This document shows positions 39,865 through 52,674 of a DNA stretch of 64,000 nt, piece after piece; within the stretch, counting starts at the first letter, position 1; the number at the start of each line of letters is the position of its first letter. Both the position numbers and the translations under genes were made by a program. Under the pieces are notes generated by a model. The model was not told where the DNA came from and made no database searches. It saw nothing but the letters and a program-made list of their open reading frames with translations. Source of the DNA: Terriglobia bacterium (GTDB lineage Bacteria > Acidobacteriota > Terriglobia > 20CM-2-55-15). The stretch is from assembly GCA_965218585.1 (NCBI GenBank), contig CBDCLE010000025.1, positions 32,001 to 96,000 of the forward strand, in the 5' to 3' direction.

Positions 39865-40887
39865 ATGAATAGACCACGCGACAGGAGTCGATCCTATGCT
39901 GTTTCGCCCGTGGAACCACATATAGAGGGACAGGAGTTTCTCGGTCCCGCGCCCGAAGGCATCGATGTCAGGTATGCCTGGCAGTTCGATGGCGGACGTG
40001 GCGAGGGTCTTGGTTTTGTCGACCTGGAGTTGGGTTGGACGCTCGACCACGAAGACCTCGTCTCGGACAAGAGACCAGTGCCCCAAGTGCTGTGCGGACA
40101 AATTGTGGACGGCGAGAGAGAACACGGAACATCCGCTCTCGGTGTTGTGGCTTCCACCAGCGAAAGGCCCGGGCACATCGGGATTGCGCCGAACGTCGAA
40201 TCCCTAAACGTCGTCTCCTACTGGCCGGACTGGGATATCGCGGATACGATCTTGATTGCCGTCAAGCACCTGGAGTTCGGGGACGTTCTGCTCTTGGAAG
40301 CGCATGTTCGTGAGGTCGGACACCCACCGGTTGAGGTCTTTCCGAATGTCTTCGATGCCATCCGGCAGGCAACGGCGAAAGGAATCACTGTCGTGGAGCC
40401 CGCAGGCAATGGTGGAATCGATCTAGACGAGTACCGAAAAGAAGGCCGGAGGACTCCCAGTCGCACAGCCGAGAGCGACTCTATGGCGATCCTGGTAGCT
40501 GCCGCGACAGCCGATGCACCTCACGCACCGATTCAGAAAAACATGCCGGATCGTGAGTGGGGCACCAATTTTGGTAGTCGGGTGGACTGCTATGCCTGGG
40601 GTGAGCGAGTGGCGACTTGTACGTCGAACTCCCTAGCTTCGAGGAAGGCGTATACCGACAGTTTCCACGGTACGTCTTCCGCGGCGGCCATCGTTGCCGG
40701 GGCAGCGTTGGTGATTCAGGGGATCGCCGAACATCGACTCGGCCGACGTTTTGGTCCGCTTGAGATTCGGTCGCTACTCAGCGATCCCAGCCTCGCGACG
40801 CCGTCAATGAACGGTCTCGAGATTGATCGAATAGGAGTGATGCCGGACTTAAGAGGAATCGTCGCCCACGAGGGCGTAAAAACTTGA
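39865..40887 (+). CDS. S8 subtilisin-like serine peptidase
   Basis: Catalytic D (FVDLELGW), H (EHGTS), oxyanion N (PAGNG) and S (GTSSAA). No signal peptide seen. Confidence 0.88.
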   Translation: MNRPRDRSRSYAVSPVEPHIEGQEFLGPAPEGIDVRYAWQFDGGRGEGLGFVDLELGWTLDHEDLVSDKRPVPQVLCGQIVDGEREHGTSALGVVASTSERPGHIGIAPNVESLNVVSYWPDWDIADTILIAVKHLEFGDVLLLEAHVREVGHPPVEVFPNVFDAIRQATAKGITVVEPAGNGGIDLDEYRKEGRRTPSRTAESDSMAILVAAATADAPHAPIQKNMPDREWGTNFGSRVDCYAWGERVATCTSNSLASRKAYTDSFHGTSSAAAIVAGAALVIQGIAEHRLGRRFGPLEIRSLLSDPSLATPSMNGLEIDRIGVMPDLRGIVAHEGVKT

Positions 40888-40971
40888 TAGTAGAGAACTT
40901 TGTGCAAAAAATGTGACCAGATCGATCCGAACAGGCCGATTCCCACATCATTACCATAAGGAGAAAACCAT

Positions 40972-41325
40972 ATGGCAAAGGGAAAGAATCCAGAATTGAC
41001 TGAACACGAATTTGCGGATGCACGTTTCGAGGACATGAAGGCCCTACTGAAGACCGGTGCACATCCGAAGACGCTCTCGACGCCAGCGGAAAACTTTCTG
41101 AACGGCGCTCTCAAACAGCGGTTCAGGAAAATCATCCGCAAGAGTGGGCAAGGAGCTTGGGTGAGGGACCATGTGATGGTGTCGTTGGGGGCACGCTTGA
41201 TCGGCCACATGGCTGCCGGTAAGCAAGCGTCCGGGCCGATTAGTGTAACGAACCTTAAAGAAGCCGGTAGAGAAGTGTTTGACTTCATACACATTCCCGA
41301 TGGCGATCCTGATTACGGAGATTGA
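40972..41325 (+). CDS. small helical protein, putative histone-fold variant (paralog A)
   Basis: Strong AAGGAG ribosome site. Aligns by eye with the next ORF. The product call is inference. Confidence 0.6.
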   Translation: MAKGKNPELTEHEFADARFEDMKALLKTGAHPKTLSTPAENFLNGALKQRFRKIIRKSGQGAWVRDHVMVSLGARLIGHMAAGKQASGPISVTNLKEAGREVFDFIHIPDGDPDYGD

Positions 41326-41327
41326 CG

Positions 41328-41744
41328 ATGATGAAAATAACTAAGCAAACTCCGATCTATTCGATCCGACCAAGAGAGGAATCCGTACGCGAGAGACTTC
41401 GAACAGAAGATCCCGATGTTTTCGTCGAGGATTGCGTGAATCGTTGTATTTCATTCATGCGTAGCGGAGTCGGTGAGATGAGTCTCAACGGCGAGGCCGT
41501 CCTGTATCTCGAAGACCACTTCAGGCCACGTTTTCGAAAAGCTTTCGAAAACGGCGGCGGTGCCCGATGGGACAAAGACTCCCGTTTTGTGTTTCACTGC
41601 TCCCGCATTCTGGGTCGTGTGGCTGCCCGCTTTGCCTCGGCTCGAGGTTCATCCACCGTCACAAAACAGGATATCGAGCAAGCTCGAGAGAAAGTCGTTG
41701 CCGAGAAGAGTCCAGGTCCCGGATCCTGGTGTGCGCCGTTCTAA
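41328..41744 (+). CDS. small helical protein, putative histone-fold variant (paralog B)
   Basis: GGAG 7 nt before ATG 41328. AARFASARGSSTVTKQDIEQA resembles the histone alpha2-L2-alpha3 motif. Confidence 0.65.
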   Translation: MMKITKQTPIYSIRPREESVRERLRTEDPDVFVEDCVNRCISFMRSGVGEMSLNGEAVLYLEDHFRPRFRKAFENGGGARWDKDSRFVFHCSRILGRVAARFASARGSSTVTKQDIEQAREKVVAEKSPGPGSWCAPF

Positions 41745-43272
41745 GGATTTCGAAATAAAGGAAACGTACTGATCCGTTTCTCGCCGTAGGCATTGCCATG
41801 GCCATTTCTCTCTGGGCGAGAGCGTGTCTTGCGCTTCTTAAAGTCGTTGGGGGAATCGCCGGGTTCTTCCTCGGCCAGACGCCCTTCACAGACACGAGTC
41901 CCGTCCCCACCATCCACCTGATCAATCTGGGTGTTTTTGGCGCGGCTGCGGCTCTGTTGATTTTCGTTGGGCCCAGAGATCGCAGAGCACAGCATCTGGG
42001 TACTGTCTTTCTTCTCTCCGCGTCCGCTTTTTCCGACGCGTCACTCATCCAACTTGGCTTTAGTGTTCCTGCATCTGTCGCGCCGGCTCTTACTTCGTTG
42101 GTGAATCTACAACCCTATGCGTTCTCACCATATTTTTTCTGGCTTTTTGTCCGCGATTTTCCAAGAGTGTCCTCGCTCAGCTGGGCGACTCAAGTACTTC
42201 GATCTGATATTCGCCTGTCTCTTGTTGCAGGCACTGCGCTGTTTCTGGCGAATGCATTGCTCCTGTTTCGATCGTTGTTACCGGACCTCGTTCTCACTAT
42301 ATTTCTCGCGTTCGATGGCACTGTATCGACGAGTCTCTACTGGGGAATTCTGTACGCACTGATTCTTGCAGCATTCCCTCTTGCGTTGTGGAAATGCAGG
42401 ACCGCACAAGGCGACGAACGATTCCGAGCCCAGCTCTTTATTGCAGGCTTTGCAATCGGAACCTGCCCCATCGTGATTGCGGTTCTTGTCGTGAGCCTGT
42501 TTTCTTCCCTGGAAGTGTTTCTGAATTCGACAAGCACATTAGGTGTTCCCATCTATGCGTTTCTGTTGTCCGTTCCCTTCACAACCGCTTATTCCGTTCT
42601 GGTCAATGAGGTTCTCGAAGTCAAGCTTATCGTTCGGAAGGCGCTCCGGTATGCTCTTGCCCGATACACCGTCATAGCGTTGACCGTGCTGCCTTTCGGA
42701 CTGCTCGTTTATCAGCTGCGCGACCGGACGATCGCACAGCTCTTTTCAGGTCCCCTTCCGCTCGGACTCATTGCAGCCACCGGACTCGGGCTGACGGCAT
42801 TGGCCGTACGTGAAAAAGTCTTGAAGTCTATCGACAGGCATTTTTTCAGGGAGGCTTACGATTCACCCCGGATACTCTCCCAATTCATGCAGAACTGGCA
42901 GTCCGCATCGAACGTTGAAGAATACAGTGCCGGATTCCTTGAGACTGCTGACAACCTGAACCTTGAATCTCTCGCGATACTGACGCTGGATCGCGCTAGG
43001 GGTGAGTTTCGATCCGCCCACGACGAGGTTCGCCCGCTTCCGGTCGGTTCATCCCTGTCCAGGTTTCTCCAGGGGAGCACCGATCCGGTAGACATCGACC
43101 TCAGCGATCCCGATTCGCCACTCCCTCCCTGACAACGGACGATCGCGACTGGCTTGCCCGTATTGGAGCGAATCTGCTCGTGCCACTGATCGGAACAGAT
43201 GGTTCCCTTTTGGGTCTTCTGAACCGCCCGGGTTTTCCGGAGACTCCATTTCTTGAGAGGATGGGAGTCATC

Positions 43273-44591
<1,319 letters not shown>

Positions 44592-45836
44592 TGAAGACAA
44601 TTGCGGCTTCGGAAGCGTTAATGATCGAAAACCGGTTTGTGCGACCTGTTTCTGCTGGAGAGGCCACGTCTCACGGGTTTGGCGCCGCAGACTCGGTTGA
44701 AGAAATGCCCGTCGGCGAGGTTGCCTTCGAATGCAGGCGCTGTGGCACTTTGCAGTCGGAACCAGCGTCTACCTGCGAATGCGGCGGCACATTCGAGCCC
44801 GCCTCTGTACCCAAGGTTATTCCGGACAAGTTCGAGTTCGAACGAAGACTCGGGTCCGGCGGCATGGGAGTTGTTTACAGCGCTATCGATCTGGCGCTTG
44901 GACGGCGTGTCGCCGTCAAGACGCTACCAAGAACTTCGCCTGAGGGTGCGCTGCTGCTTCGAAATGAGGGTCTTAAAGTGGCTGCACTCGAGCACCCAAA
45001 TCTGGCCACGATATTTATGGTGGAGACATGGTTCGGCACCCCAATGCTGATCTTTGAGTTTCTGGCCGGTGGCAGTCTTTTCGACAAGCTGAAGCTCGGC
45101 AATCGCTCGATAATGGAAACGATCCGCTTGGGAATCGTCCTTGCGGACGCATTGGAACGTGTACACGCTTCGAACATGCTGCATCGGGACATCAAGCCGG
45201 GCAACATCGGATACACGGGGGATGGTATTCCGAAGCTCTTGGATTTTGGATTAGCCCAAATCCTTGAAGACCGGCGCCGGAAAGGTTTGGTCCGTTCAGT
45301 TCAGCTAGGCGATCCAGAAGCGGCCGCGAAATCGACTCTGTCTACCCAGTCGATTTCGGTGACCCTTTCCAGTGCGCCATCCTTCCGCCTGGTTGGAACT
45401 CCCGCCTATTTCTCTCCGGAAACGCTCAAGAAAAAGGCCTCCGATCACGCATCACGTGACCTGTGGGCGCTCAACATAGTGCTCTATGAGGCGTTGACGG
45501 GCAAGAATCCGGTGAGAGGTGCCACCCTGCTCGAAACATTTGAGGTGATTTCGAAAGCGAGTATTCCCGACATCCGACAATTTCTTCCGGATTGTCCCAC
45601 AAGCCTCGCGATGTTCTTCACGGAGACGTTGGCCAAGGATACGCGCCAGCGTCCTTCCAGTGCAACGGCATTGCGCGAGCGCCTGGAACAACTCGAGAAA
45701 ACCCTGCCTGAGAACGGTTTGGCTGCCAGTCAGACCTGAGGGACGTTAGTGTGGCACTAATTGTGGGACAAACGGTCGATGCTGCATCGGATCATCTGCC
45801 TAACCAACATCCTAGTAATACGTGTAGTAATGCGAG

Positions 45837-45923
45837 CGGAGAGGGGGGGATTCGAACCCCCGGCACGGTTACCCGTGCAACTGCTTAGCAGGCAGCCCTG
45901 TTCGGCCACTCCAGCACCTCTCC
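45837..45923 (-). tRNA. tRNA-Ser(GCT)
   Basis: GGAGAGG/CCTCTCC acceptor stem, anticodon arm GCTGC-CTGCTAA-GCAGT, long variable arm, GGTTCGAATCC T-arm. CCA is not encoded. Confidence 0.95.
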
Positions 45924-45954
45924 ATTGGCCTTCAACCGGCTTTCAACCAAGCGC

Positions 45955-45992
45955 GCCATTGCTGACACGTAGCGGAAAACCTGTCAATTATA
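45955..45992 (-). promoter_or_regulatory. possible tRNA promoter
   Basis: Minus strand TATAATTGACA: TTGACA at 45982-45987 with an overlapping TATAAT. The downstream -10 is weak and is followed by GC-rich GGCGCGC. Confidence 0.35.
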
Positions 45993-46041
45993 GGAAACCC
46001 CTCCCCAAAAAACCACTGAAGGCGCTATCCTAAACACAGGT

Positions 46042-46494
46042 ATGGAATTTCGACTCGCACTATTTGTAGCGCTTGTCTTCGTGGTTCTCGTTTGGAACAC
46101 AGCCCTACTCTGGTTCATCCATCGGGCAGTGTCCCGATCGGTGGATCGAGCTGCGCGTTATCAGCACTATTCCTCTCAGTTGATCGTAGGACTTCGAGGC
46201 GCACTAGAAAAGGCCGAGGTCGCTTCGGGTAGAGCCACCGAATGGTCGGGACAACTCCGGGAGAGAGTGGCCGAAGCCAGTGGAAACGTAGACAGGATTG
46301 AAAACCTGCTCGGCTACGGCCTCGCAAAGATAGACTTCAACGTAGATCGCGTCTCGAGGGAAATCAACGATGGGGCGGATCGCATAAAAGCTGCGGTCTC
46401 CGAGCCGTTATTCCGAACGGGAACCGTCGTGCACGGGATCAAAGCTCTTCTCGACCTTCTTGCTTTGGGCAGGAAGGATCACCCCCGCAGCTAG
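46042..46494 (+). CDS. membrane-anchored coiled-coil hypothetical protein
   Basis: One N-terminal TM helix followed by heptad-like amphipathic helices. Confidence 0.6.
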   Translation: MEFRLALFVALVFVVLVWNTALLWFIHRAVSRSVDRAARYQHYSSQLIVGLRGALEKAEVASGRATEWSGQLRERVAEASGNVDRIENLLGYGLAKIDFNVDRVSREINDGADRIKAAVSEPLFRTGTVVHGIKALLDLLALGRKDHPRS

Positions 46495-47467
46495 ACTCTC
46501 TTTCTTTTCTTCAACCAGTTCCAGGCTGTCTCGATGATCGTTGGAACGTCGCTGTGCTTCGGGTCCCAACCGAGCAGTGTCCTTGCCTTGTCCGCCTTCG
46601 CAACAAGTCTCGGAGGGCCACCCTCCCGGCGCGGACCTTCCTCCACCCGAACGTCACGTCCCGTAACGTTCCGAGCAACATCGATCACTTCTCGAACCGA
46701 CGCACCCTTCCCGGTACCAAGATTCAACGCTTGAGACTCGATCGTCCCTTCCAAAAGCATACCCAAACCCGCAACGTGCGCCTCGGCCAGATCGGTGACG
46801 TGCACGTAGTCCCGGATACAGGTGCCGTCGGGCGTCGGATAGTCGGCCCCATGAATGATTACACGGCTGCGGAAGCCCGCAGTGGCCTCCAGCACCAGGG
46901 GGATCAAGTGCGTCTCTGGTTCGTGATCTTCCCCCAAGCCCCATCGGGATCGGCACCGGCCGCATTGAAATAACGGAGGGAAAGATGCCGGACACCATGG
47001 GCGGAACCAACCGATGACATCGCTTTCTCAAAAGCCAGCTTGGTTTCGCCGTAGGGATTGACGGGATTCTGAGGATGCTCTTCCGCGATCAATTCCGTCT
47101 CAGGCACGCCGTACGTTGCGCACGTCGAAGAAAAGACCAGCGGCTCCACTCCCGAATCGGCCATCGTGCGAAGCAGGTTCATCCCTCCACCGACATTTAT
47201 TTCGTGATAAAGATCCGGGTGCTCGTGGGACTCTGCCACCAGGGCCTTTCCTGCAAAGTGCAGGACGCCCTCAATCGGGTTCTCGGAAAACACGTTCTCC
47301 AGGTCTTCCAGGCGGCGAATATCTCCTTCGACAAACCGAACGTCGCCGACGAAATCTCGATGTCCGGTCGAAAAATCGTCGAAGACCAGGGTTTCGAATC
47401 CGTGGCGTTCCAGGGCCTGGACAGTGTGCCGGCCGATGTAGCCGGCTCCACCCGTAACGAGGATCAC
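46491..47467 (-). CDS. galE: UDP-glucose 4-epimerase, one frameshift near 46940
   Basis: [34 protein letters not shown]|[12 protein letters not shown] and [11 protein letters not shown]. One G appears missing in GATGGGGCTTG. Confidence 0.9.
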
Positions 47468-48414
47468 GAATTCAACTCCTGCCGGAAGTAATCGATGGTC
47501 AATCCGAGACCTTGATCAATGTTCGTTCGAGGTTTCCAGTCCAGGTACTGTCGGGCCCGGCTGATATCGGGGCACCGGACCTTGGGATCGTCAGTGGGCA
47601 GGTCCGTACGAACAATTCGGCCTGAACTGCCGGTAAGTTCCAAAACCTTGGTGGCAAGCTCGGCGACTGTCCGTTCTTCCGGATTCCCTATGTTGAACGG
47701 CATCCCGATGTTTTCCGACGGAGTCGCCTCGGCGAGACGCAGAATTCCCTCTATCGTGTCGGAAACGTAGGAAAAACTGCGGGTCTGTTCGCCATCTCCG
47801 TAGACGGTCAGAGGCTCGCCGTTGAGGGCCTGGACGATGAAGTTTGACACGACACGCCCGTCCGATGCTCGCATCCGGGGACCATATGTATTGAAGATGC
47901 GAGCAATACGTGTGTCCAGTTCGTGATAACGGCGGTAAGCCACGGTCATGGCTTCGGCGAAACGTTTTGCCTCGTCATAAACACCGCGTGGCCCTATAGG
48001 ATTGACGTTTCCCCAATATTCTTCGTCCTGGGGATTGGTTAGCGGATCACCATAGACCTCCGACGTACTGGCGAGAACGAAACGGGCTCTCTTCGCCATT
48101 GCAAGCCCCAAGGCCTTGTGCGTCCCGAGGGAACCGACTTTGAGAGTCTGAATCGGCATCTCCAGATAGTCTTTTGGAGATGCTGGCGAGGCGAAGTGAA
48201 GGACGAGGTCGACGGTTCCCGTAACCTTGATGAATTCGGTCACGTCGTGTTCGACAAATAGAAATCCGGAATTCCCTTCCAGATGCTGGATATTGCGTGT
48301 GCTGCCGGTAAGCAGGTTATCGAAACAGACCACTTCATAACCACCGTCCAGCAGGCGCTCGCACAAGTGGCTTCCGAGAAATCCGGCGCCACCGGTGACC
48401 ACGGCACGTTTCAT
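47464..48414 (-). CDS. UDP-glucuronate decarboxylase (UDP-xylose synthase-like)
   Basis: [31 protein letters not shown] and [10 protein letters not shown]. Confidence 0.9.
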   Translation of the reverse strand: MKRAVVTGGAGFLGSHLCERLLDGGYEVVCFDNLLTGSTRNIQHLEGNSGFLFVEHDVTEFIKVTGTVDLVLHFASPASPKDYLEMPIQTLKVGSLGTHKALGLAMAKRARFVLASTSEVYGDPLTNPQDEEYWGNVNPIGPRGVYDEAKRFAEAMTVAYRRYHELDTRIARIFNTYGPRMRASDGRVVSNFIVQALNGEPLTVYGDGEQTRSFSYVSDTIEGILRLAEATPSENIGMPFNIGNPEERTVAELATKVLELTGSSGRIVRTDLPTDDPKVRCPDISRARQYLDWKPRTNIDQGLGLTIDYFRQELNS

Positions 48415-49718
48415 CCAGCCTGAGACCTGCCGATACCGTAGTAGGTGAACCCCATCTCGCTGATCTGTTTCGGGTTGTAGACGTTACGGCCATCGAAGAT
48501 GACCAGTTGACGCATCTCCGATTTCATCCGGTCGAAGTCCGGGTTGCGGAAAACCTGCCATTCGGTAATCAGCAGGACTGCGTCGGAGCCAGGAAGACAT
48601 CCGTAATTGGTGTCTGCAAACCTGACTCGGGATCCGAAGACCTTTCGTGTCTCCTCCATCGCTTCCGGATCGTAAGCAACGACAGTGGCTCCAGCCTCCA
48701 GGAGTCCTTCGACAATGTCGATTGCGGGTGACTCCCTGATGTCATTCGTTCGCGGTTTGAAAGAAAGCCCCCACACGGCAATCTGTTTCCCGGCCATATC
48801 TCCCTCAAAATGAGTGAACACTTTCTTGAGGAACCGCTCACGCTGATGGGCATTGACACGCGCAACTGCTTCCACGATCCGGAGCGGATAGTCATGACGG
48901 CGACCGGTCGCGATCAAAGCTTCGACGTCCTTGGGAAAACAACTCCCGCCAAAGCCAACACCCGCAAACAGAAATGACGATCCGATTCGCCGGTCCAGAC
49001 CCATCCCGCGCCGGACCGTATCGATGTCCGCGCCCAGATACTCGCAAAGGTTCGCAATCTCATTCATGAACGAGACGCGGGTCGCCAGATAGGCGTTGGA
49101 GGCGTACTTGGTCATCTCGGCCGTCCGTATGTCAGTGACGAGGACCGGACTTCCCGTACGAACGAAGGGTGCGTACAGTTCTCGAACAGCTTCAGCTGCT
49201 TTTTCATCCTCCGCTCCGAGAATGACACGATCAGGTTTCAGAAAATCTTCGACAGCAGCTCCTTCTTTCATGAACTCCGGGTTCGAGATGACGTCAAACG
49301 GTTGGTCCGTCTCGACGCGGATGATGTCCCGGAGCTGTTCGGTCAGGCCAACGGGAACTGTCGACTTCACCACAATCACCTTGAAATCCTTCATCGACTG
49401 TCCGATTCCAGCAGCTACCTTACGGACAGCGGTAAGATCGATATCGCCCCCGACCTGAGGCGTCCCAACGGCAATAAACAATACAAAGGATTTCTTAACG
49501 GCTGCGGCCAGATCCGTCGTGAAACTGAGGCGCCCCTCGGCAAGATTCCGTTGAACAAGTTCGCCGAGGCCTGGCTCGTAAATAGAGGTCTTGCCTTTCG
49601 ACAAGGCCTTGACCTTATCCTCGTCGCTATCCACACAAATGACGTCGTTGCCGCTTTCCGCGAAGCAACTACTCGCAACCAGACCGACATACCCCGCACC
49701 GATAATCGCGATATTCAT
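48411..49718 (-). CDS. ugd: UDP-glucose 6-dehydrogenase
   Basis: [25 protein letters not shown] and DGRN. Confidence 0.95.
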   Translation of the reverse strand: MNIAIIGAGYVGLVASSCFAESGNDVICVDSDEDKVKALSKGKTSIYEPGLGELVQRNLAEGRLSFTTDLAAAVKKSFVLFIAVGTPQVGGDIDLTAVRKVAAGIGQSMKDFKVIVVKSTVPVGLTEQLRDIIRVETDQPFDVISNPEFMKEGAAVEDFLKPDRVILGAEDEKAAEAVRELYAPFVRTGSPVLVTDIRTAEMTKYASNAYLATRVSFMNEIANLCEYLGADIDTVRRGMGLDRRIGSSFLFAGVGFGGSCFPKDVEALIATGRRHDYPLRIVEAVARVNAHQRERFLKKVFTHFEGDMAGKQIAVWGLSFKPRTNDIRESPAIDIVEGLLEAGATVVAYDPEAMEETRKVFGSRVRFADTNYGCLPGSDAVLLITEWQVFRNPDFDRMKSEMRQLVIFDGRNVYNPKQISEMGFTYYGIGRSQAG

Positions 49719-49721
49719 CGC

Positions 49722-50033
49722 TCACTCCAGGTAGTCATCAATAGAAGTCCCGGTTTTTGTCAGAAAAGTGTTGGCCAGAGACGGTATTCCGCCTATGTCC
49801 TCGTCCAGCATGATCTTTTCGACTCGATGCAAAGGAAAGAATATCGTTGTGGGCCTGACACCGCTCTCTTCCTCGGTCGAGATGTCATTCATCCAATCGT
49901 CGAACGATCTCAAGTCAAGACCGCGGAGTGTGACACCCGGTGTCCCGATCTCGATCAAGAGATCCACAAAGCGCTCCATTGGGCTTTGAAGGTTGACGAT
50001 GACAACTTTGTTCGTCTGCATCTCGTTATCCAA
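49722..50033 (-). CDS. small beta-rich hypothetical protein
   Basis: Fills the gap between trpA and ugd in the operon direction. Confidence 0.65.
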   Translation of the reverse strand: MDNEMQTNKVVIVNLQSPMERFVDLLIEIGTPGVTLRGLDLRSFDDWMNDISTEEESGVRPTTIFFPLHRVEKIMLDEDIGGIPSLANTFLTKTGTSIDDYLE

Positions 50034-50044
50034 ACCCGCATTCC

Positions 50045-50860
50045 TTACCTAGGTTCGGACTTCCCTTCGAGCTTCTCATCCCGCATCCAACGAATCAATT
50101 CTCCGACCCTCTCGGCCATGTCCGCCTGACCGAGACACTCCTCAATCTGTTTAACGATAGCACTACCTACGATTGCGCCTTCGGCTTCCTTCCAGACGGC
50201 CCGGACATGTTCGGGCCGCGAGATACCAAATCCGACCGCAATTGGATTTTCAGTCTGTTCTCTGAGGTGTCGGAGAAAATCGACGAGGTCGTCCGGTAAC
50301 TCGCTGGCTTCACCTGTAACACCTGTACGCGAGACAGCGTAAAGGAAGCCTGTCGACGTGCGGGCGATCTTTTCTATTCTTTCAGCCGAACTCGTGGGGG
50401 CAACGAGAAACACCGAATTGAGACCCGCCGCACTCATCGTGTCTACGAACGGCCCTGATTCTTCAACCGTCAGATCACTCGCCAGAATGCCATCCAGACC
50501 AATGTCTGCTGCCCTGCGGGCAAGTTCTTCGAGGCCATGGTTCAACAGGGGATTGTAGTAGCTGAACAACAACAGCGGCATTTCGGACGATGCCCTGATC
50601 TTGCTGACCAGGTCAAGAATTCCAAGCAGTGAAGTCCCGGACTCCAGGGCTCTTTCTGTGGCTCTCTGGATGACCGGCCCGTCTGCAATGGGATCGGAGA
50701 ACGGAACGCCCAACTCGACAATGTCGGCTCCCGCATCCTCCATGGCGAGGACGATTTCGTGCGTCGCATCGAGGTCGGGATCGCCGGCGGTCAAGAAAGG
50801 AATAAAAGCCTTCTTCCCCTCTGAACCTAGCTGTTCGAACTTATTATCGATCCGGCTCAC
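50045..50860 (-). CDS. trpA: tryptophan synthase alpha chain
   Basis: [21 protein letters not shown] and VGFGIS. Confidence 0.97.
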   Translation of the reverse strand: MSRIDNKFEQLGSEGKKAFIPFLTAGDPDLDATHEIVLAMEDAGADIVELGVPFSDPIADGPVIQRATERALESGTSLLGILDLVSKIRASSEMPLLLFSYYNPLLNHGLEELARRAADIGLDGILASDLTVEESGPFVDTMSAAGLNSVFLVAPTSSAERIEKIARTSTGFLYAVSRTGVTGEASELPDDLVDFLRHLREQTENPIAVGFGISRPEHVRAVWKEAEGAIVGSAIVKQIEECLGQADMAERVGELIRWMRDEKLEGKSEPR

Positions 50861-52038
50861 TCCGGTCTTTCCTTTTCGAGGCGGGCGACCTCTGTAACAT
50901 CCTTGTCGCCGCGACCCGACAGATTCAGAATCGTGACGTCATTAGGCCCAAGATCCGCCTTTTTCATATACGCCACTGCATGCGCACTCTCCAGCGCCGG
51001 TATGATGCCCTCCAATCGGCTCAGCTCATGAAAGCCCTCGAGGGCTTTCGTGTCATTGACGGAGGCGTAGGTAACCCTCCCGGATTCGTGTAGCTCTGCA
51101 TGCTCCGGGCCGACGGACGGGTAATCGAGGCCGGCTGAGACGGAATGTGTGGGTACAATCTGCCCATCGTCGTCCTGAAGAATATAGGAGTAAGTTCCGT
51201 GTAACACACCGGGACGGCCTCCGGAAAAGCGAGCGGCATGTTCCCCCAGCGTCGTACTATGTCCACCGGCTTCAACACCCACCATCCGAACGTCAGATTC
51301 TGCGAGGAAGGGATAGAACAGCCCAATTGAGTTGGAACCGCCTCCCACGCAGGCGACCAGCAAATCCGGTAAGCGTCCTTCCTGCGCGATGATCTGCACA
51401 CGTGCCTCCCGTCCGATGACCGACTGGAAATCGCGAACCATCTCCGGATAGGGATGGGGTCCCAGGACTGATCCCAGCATGTAGTAGGTCGTTCGAACGT
51501 TGGTCACCCAGTCGCGCATGGACTCATTGATCGCATCCTTCAATGTACGGCTCCCGGACCCGACCGGCAGTACCCGGGCGCCCAGAAGCTTCATCCGGAA
51601 GACGTTGAGTTCTTGGCGTCGAATATCCTCTTCCCCCATGTAGACGTCGCACTCCAGACCCAGAAGCGCACAGACAGTGGCTGTCGCAACGCCATGCTGT
51701 CCCGCGCCAGTCTCAGCGATGATCCGCTTCTTTCCCATCCTCTCGGCCAGCAGGGCCTGCCCCAGGCAGTTATTGATCTTGTGCGCACCCGTATGGTTCA
51801 GGTCTTCCCTCTTAAGGTAGATCTTCCCTTTCCCTAAGGCTTCGCTCAGTCGTTTCGCGAAATAGAGGGGTGTCGGCCGACCCGAATAATGACGGAAGAG
51901 CTCGTCGAGTTGAACCTCAAAAGATGAATCATCCTTAGCCTGCCGGTATGCCTCCTCCAGTTCCTCGAGCGGATGCATCAAGGTTTCCGGAACAAACTGG
52001 CCGCCGTACGGTCCGTAATGACCTTTCCTTTTCGACAT
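50857..52038 (-). CDS. trpB: tryptophan synthase beta chain
   Basis: [23 protein letters not shown] and [11 protein letters not shown]. Confidence 0.98.
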   Translation of the reverse strand: MSKRKGHYGPYGGQFVPETLMHPLEELEEAYRQAKDDSSFEVQLDELFRHYSGRPTPLYFAKRLSEALGKGKIYLKREDLNHTGAHKINNCLGQALLAERMGKKRIIAETGAGQHGVATATVCALLGLECDVYMGEEDIRRQELNVFRMKLLGARVLPVGSGSRTLKDAINESMRDWVTNVRTTYYMLGSVLGPHPYPEMVRDFQSVIGREARVQIIAQEGRLPDLLVACVGGGSNSIGLFYPFLAESDVRMVGVEAGGHSTTLGEHAARFSGGRPGVLHGTYSYILQDDDGQIVPTHSVSAGLDYPSVGPEHAELHESGRVTYASVNDTKALEGFHELSRLEGIIPALESAHAVAYMKKADLGPNDVTILNLSGRGDKDVTEVARLEKERPE

Positions 52039-52047
52039 TTCGATTTC

Positions 52048-52674
52048 CTATTCGGAATCCGCTCTCTGAACCGCCTCGATGAAACGGCGCATTGATTCGT
52101 AGCTCTTCTTCCCGGGCGATTCCTCAACGCCACTGGCAACGTCAACGGCAAACGGATGCAACTCGGCAATAGCATCACCGACGTTTTCCGGTTTCAAGCC
52201 GCCAGCCAGGACGATCTGGCCGAAAGCGTTCGCTCCAGCAGCCAGGGACCATTCAAAAGACTCTCCGGTTCCCCCCGATCCTTTCTTGCTGTAAGCGTCT
52301 AACAAGAAACCGGAGACCGGATACTGTTTCAGGCTTTCCACTCGAAACTGTTCGTTCACTCTGACCGCCTTAATCACCTTTACCCTGTTGATCATCGAAC
52401 AATAATCCGGGGATTCCCTGCCGTGTAACTGAACGGCATCCAGGCGGATCGAAAGCGCAAAATCCTCCAAAGCTTGAGGATCGCCGTAGTTCACAAACAC
52501 ACCAACCGCAGCGACAAACGGCGGCAACGCATCGATAATTCTGGAAGCTCTCTCGGCCGTGATTTTTCTCGAACTTTCTGCCGAGAAGTTCAACCCGACG
52601 GCGGATGCACCCAAAAGCGCTGCATTACGGGCATCTTCAACGTCAGTAACGCCACAGATCTTGACCCGGGTCAC
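52048..52674 (-). CDS. trpF: phosphoribosylanthranilate isomerase
   Basis: VKICG, VQLHG.E, GGTG, LAGGL and VDVASGVE. Confidence 0.95.
   Translation of the reverse strand: MTRVKICGVTDVEDARNAALLGASAVGLNFSAESSRKITAERASRIIDALPPFVAAVGVFVNYGDPQALEDFALSIRLDAVQLHGRESPDYCSMINRVKVIKAVRVNEQFRVESLKQYPVSGFLLDAYSKKGSGGTGESFEWSLAAGANAFGQIVLAGGLKPENVGDAIAELHPFAVDVASGVEESPGKKSYESMRRFIEAVQRADSE

Noticed and set aside
29105-41325. TGA-to-Trp or selenocysteine recoding, suggested by TGA at 29105 and 41323
   Set aside because: Many core genes here end in TGA with ATGA coupling, and Trp is encoded by TGG throughout. I saw no SECIS-like hairpin.
43180-43272. N-terminal extension of the IS OrfA in the ORF track ([14 protein letters not shown]..)
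   Set aside because: It is kinase GAF sequence reading in-frame into the IS left end, not part of the transposase.
45761-46033. 90-aa plus-strand ORF
   Set aside because: It is the antisense reading of the tRNA-Ser gene.
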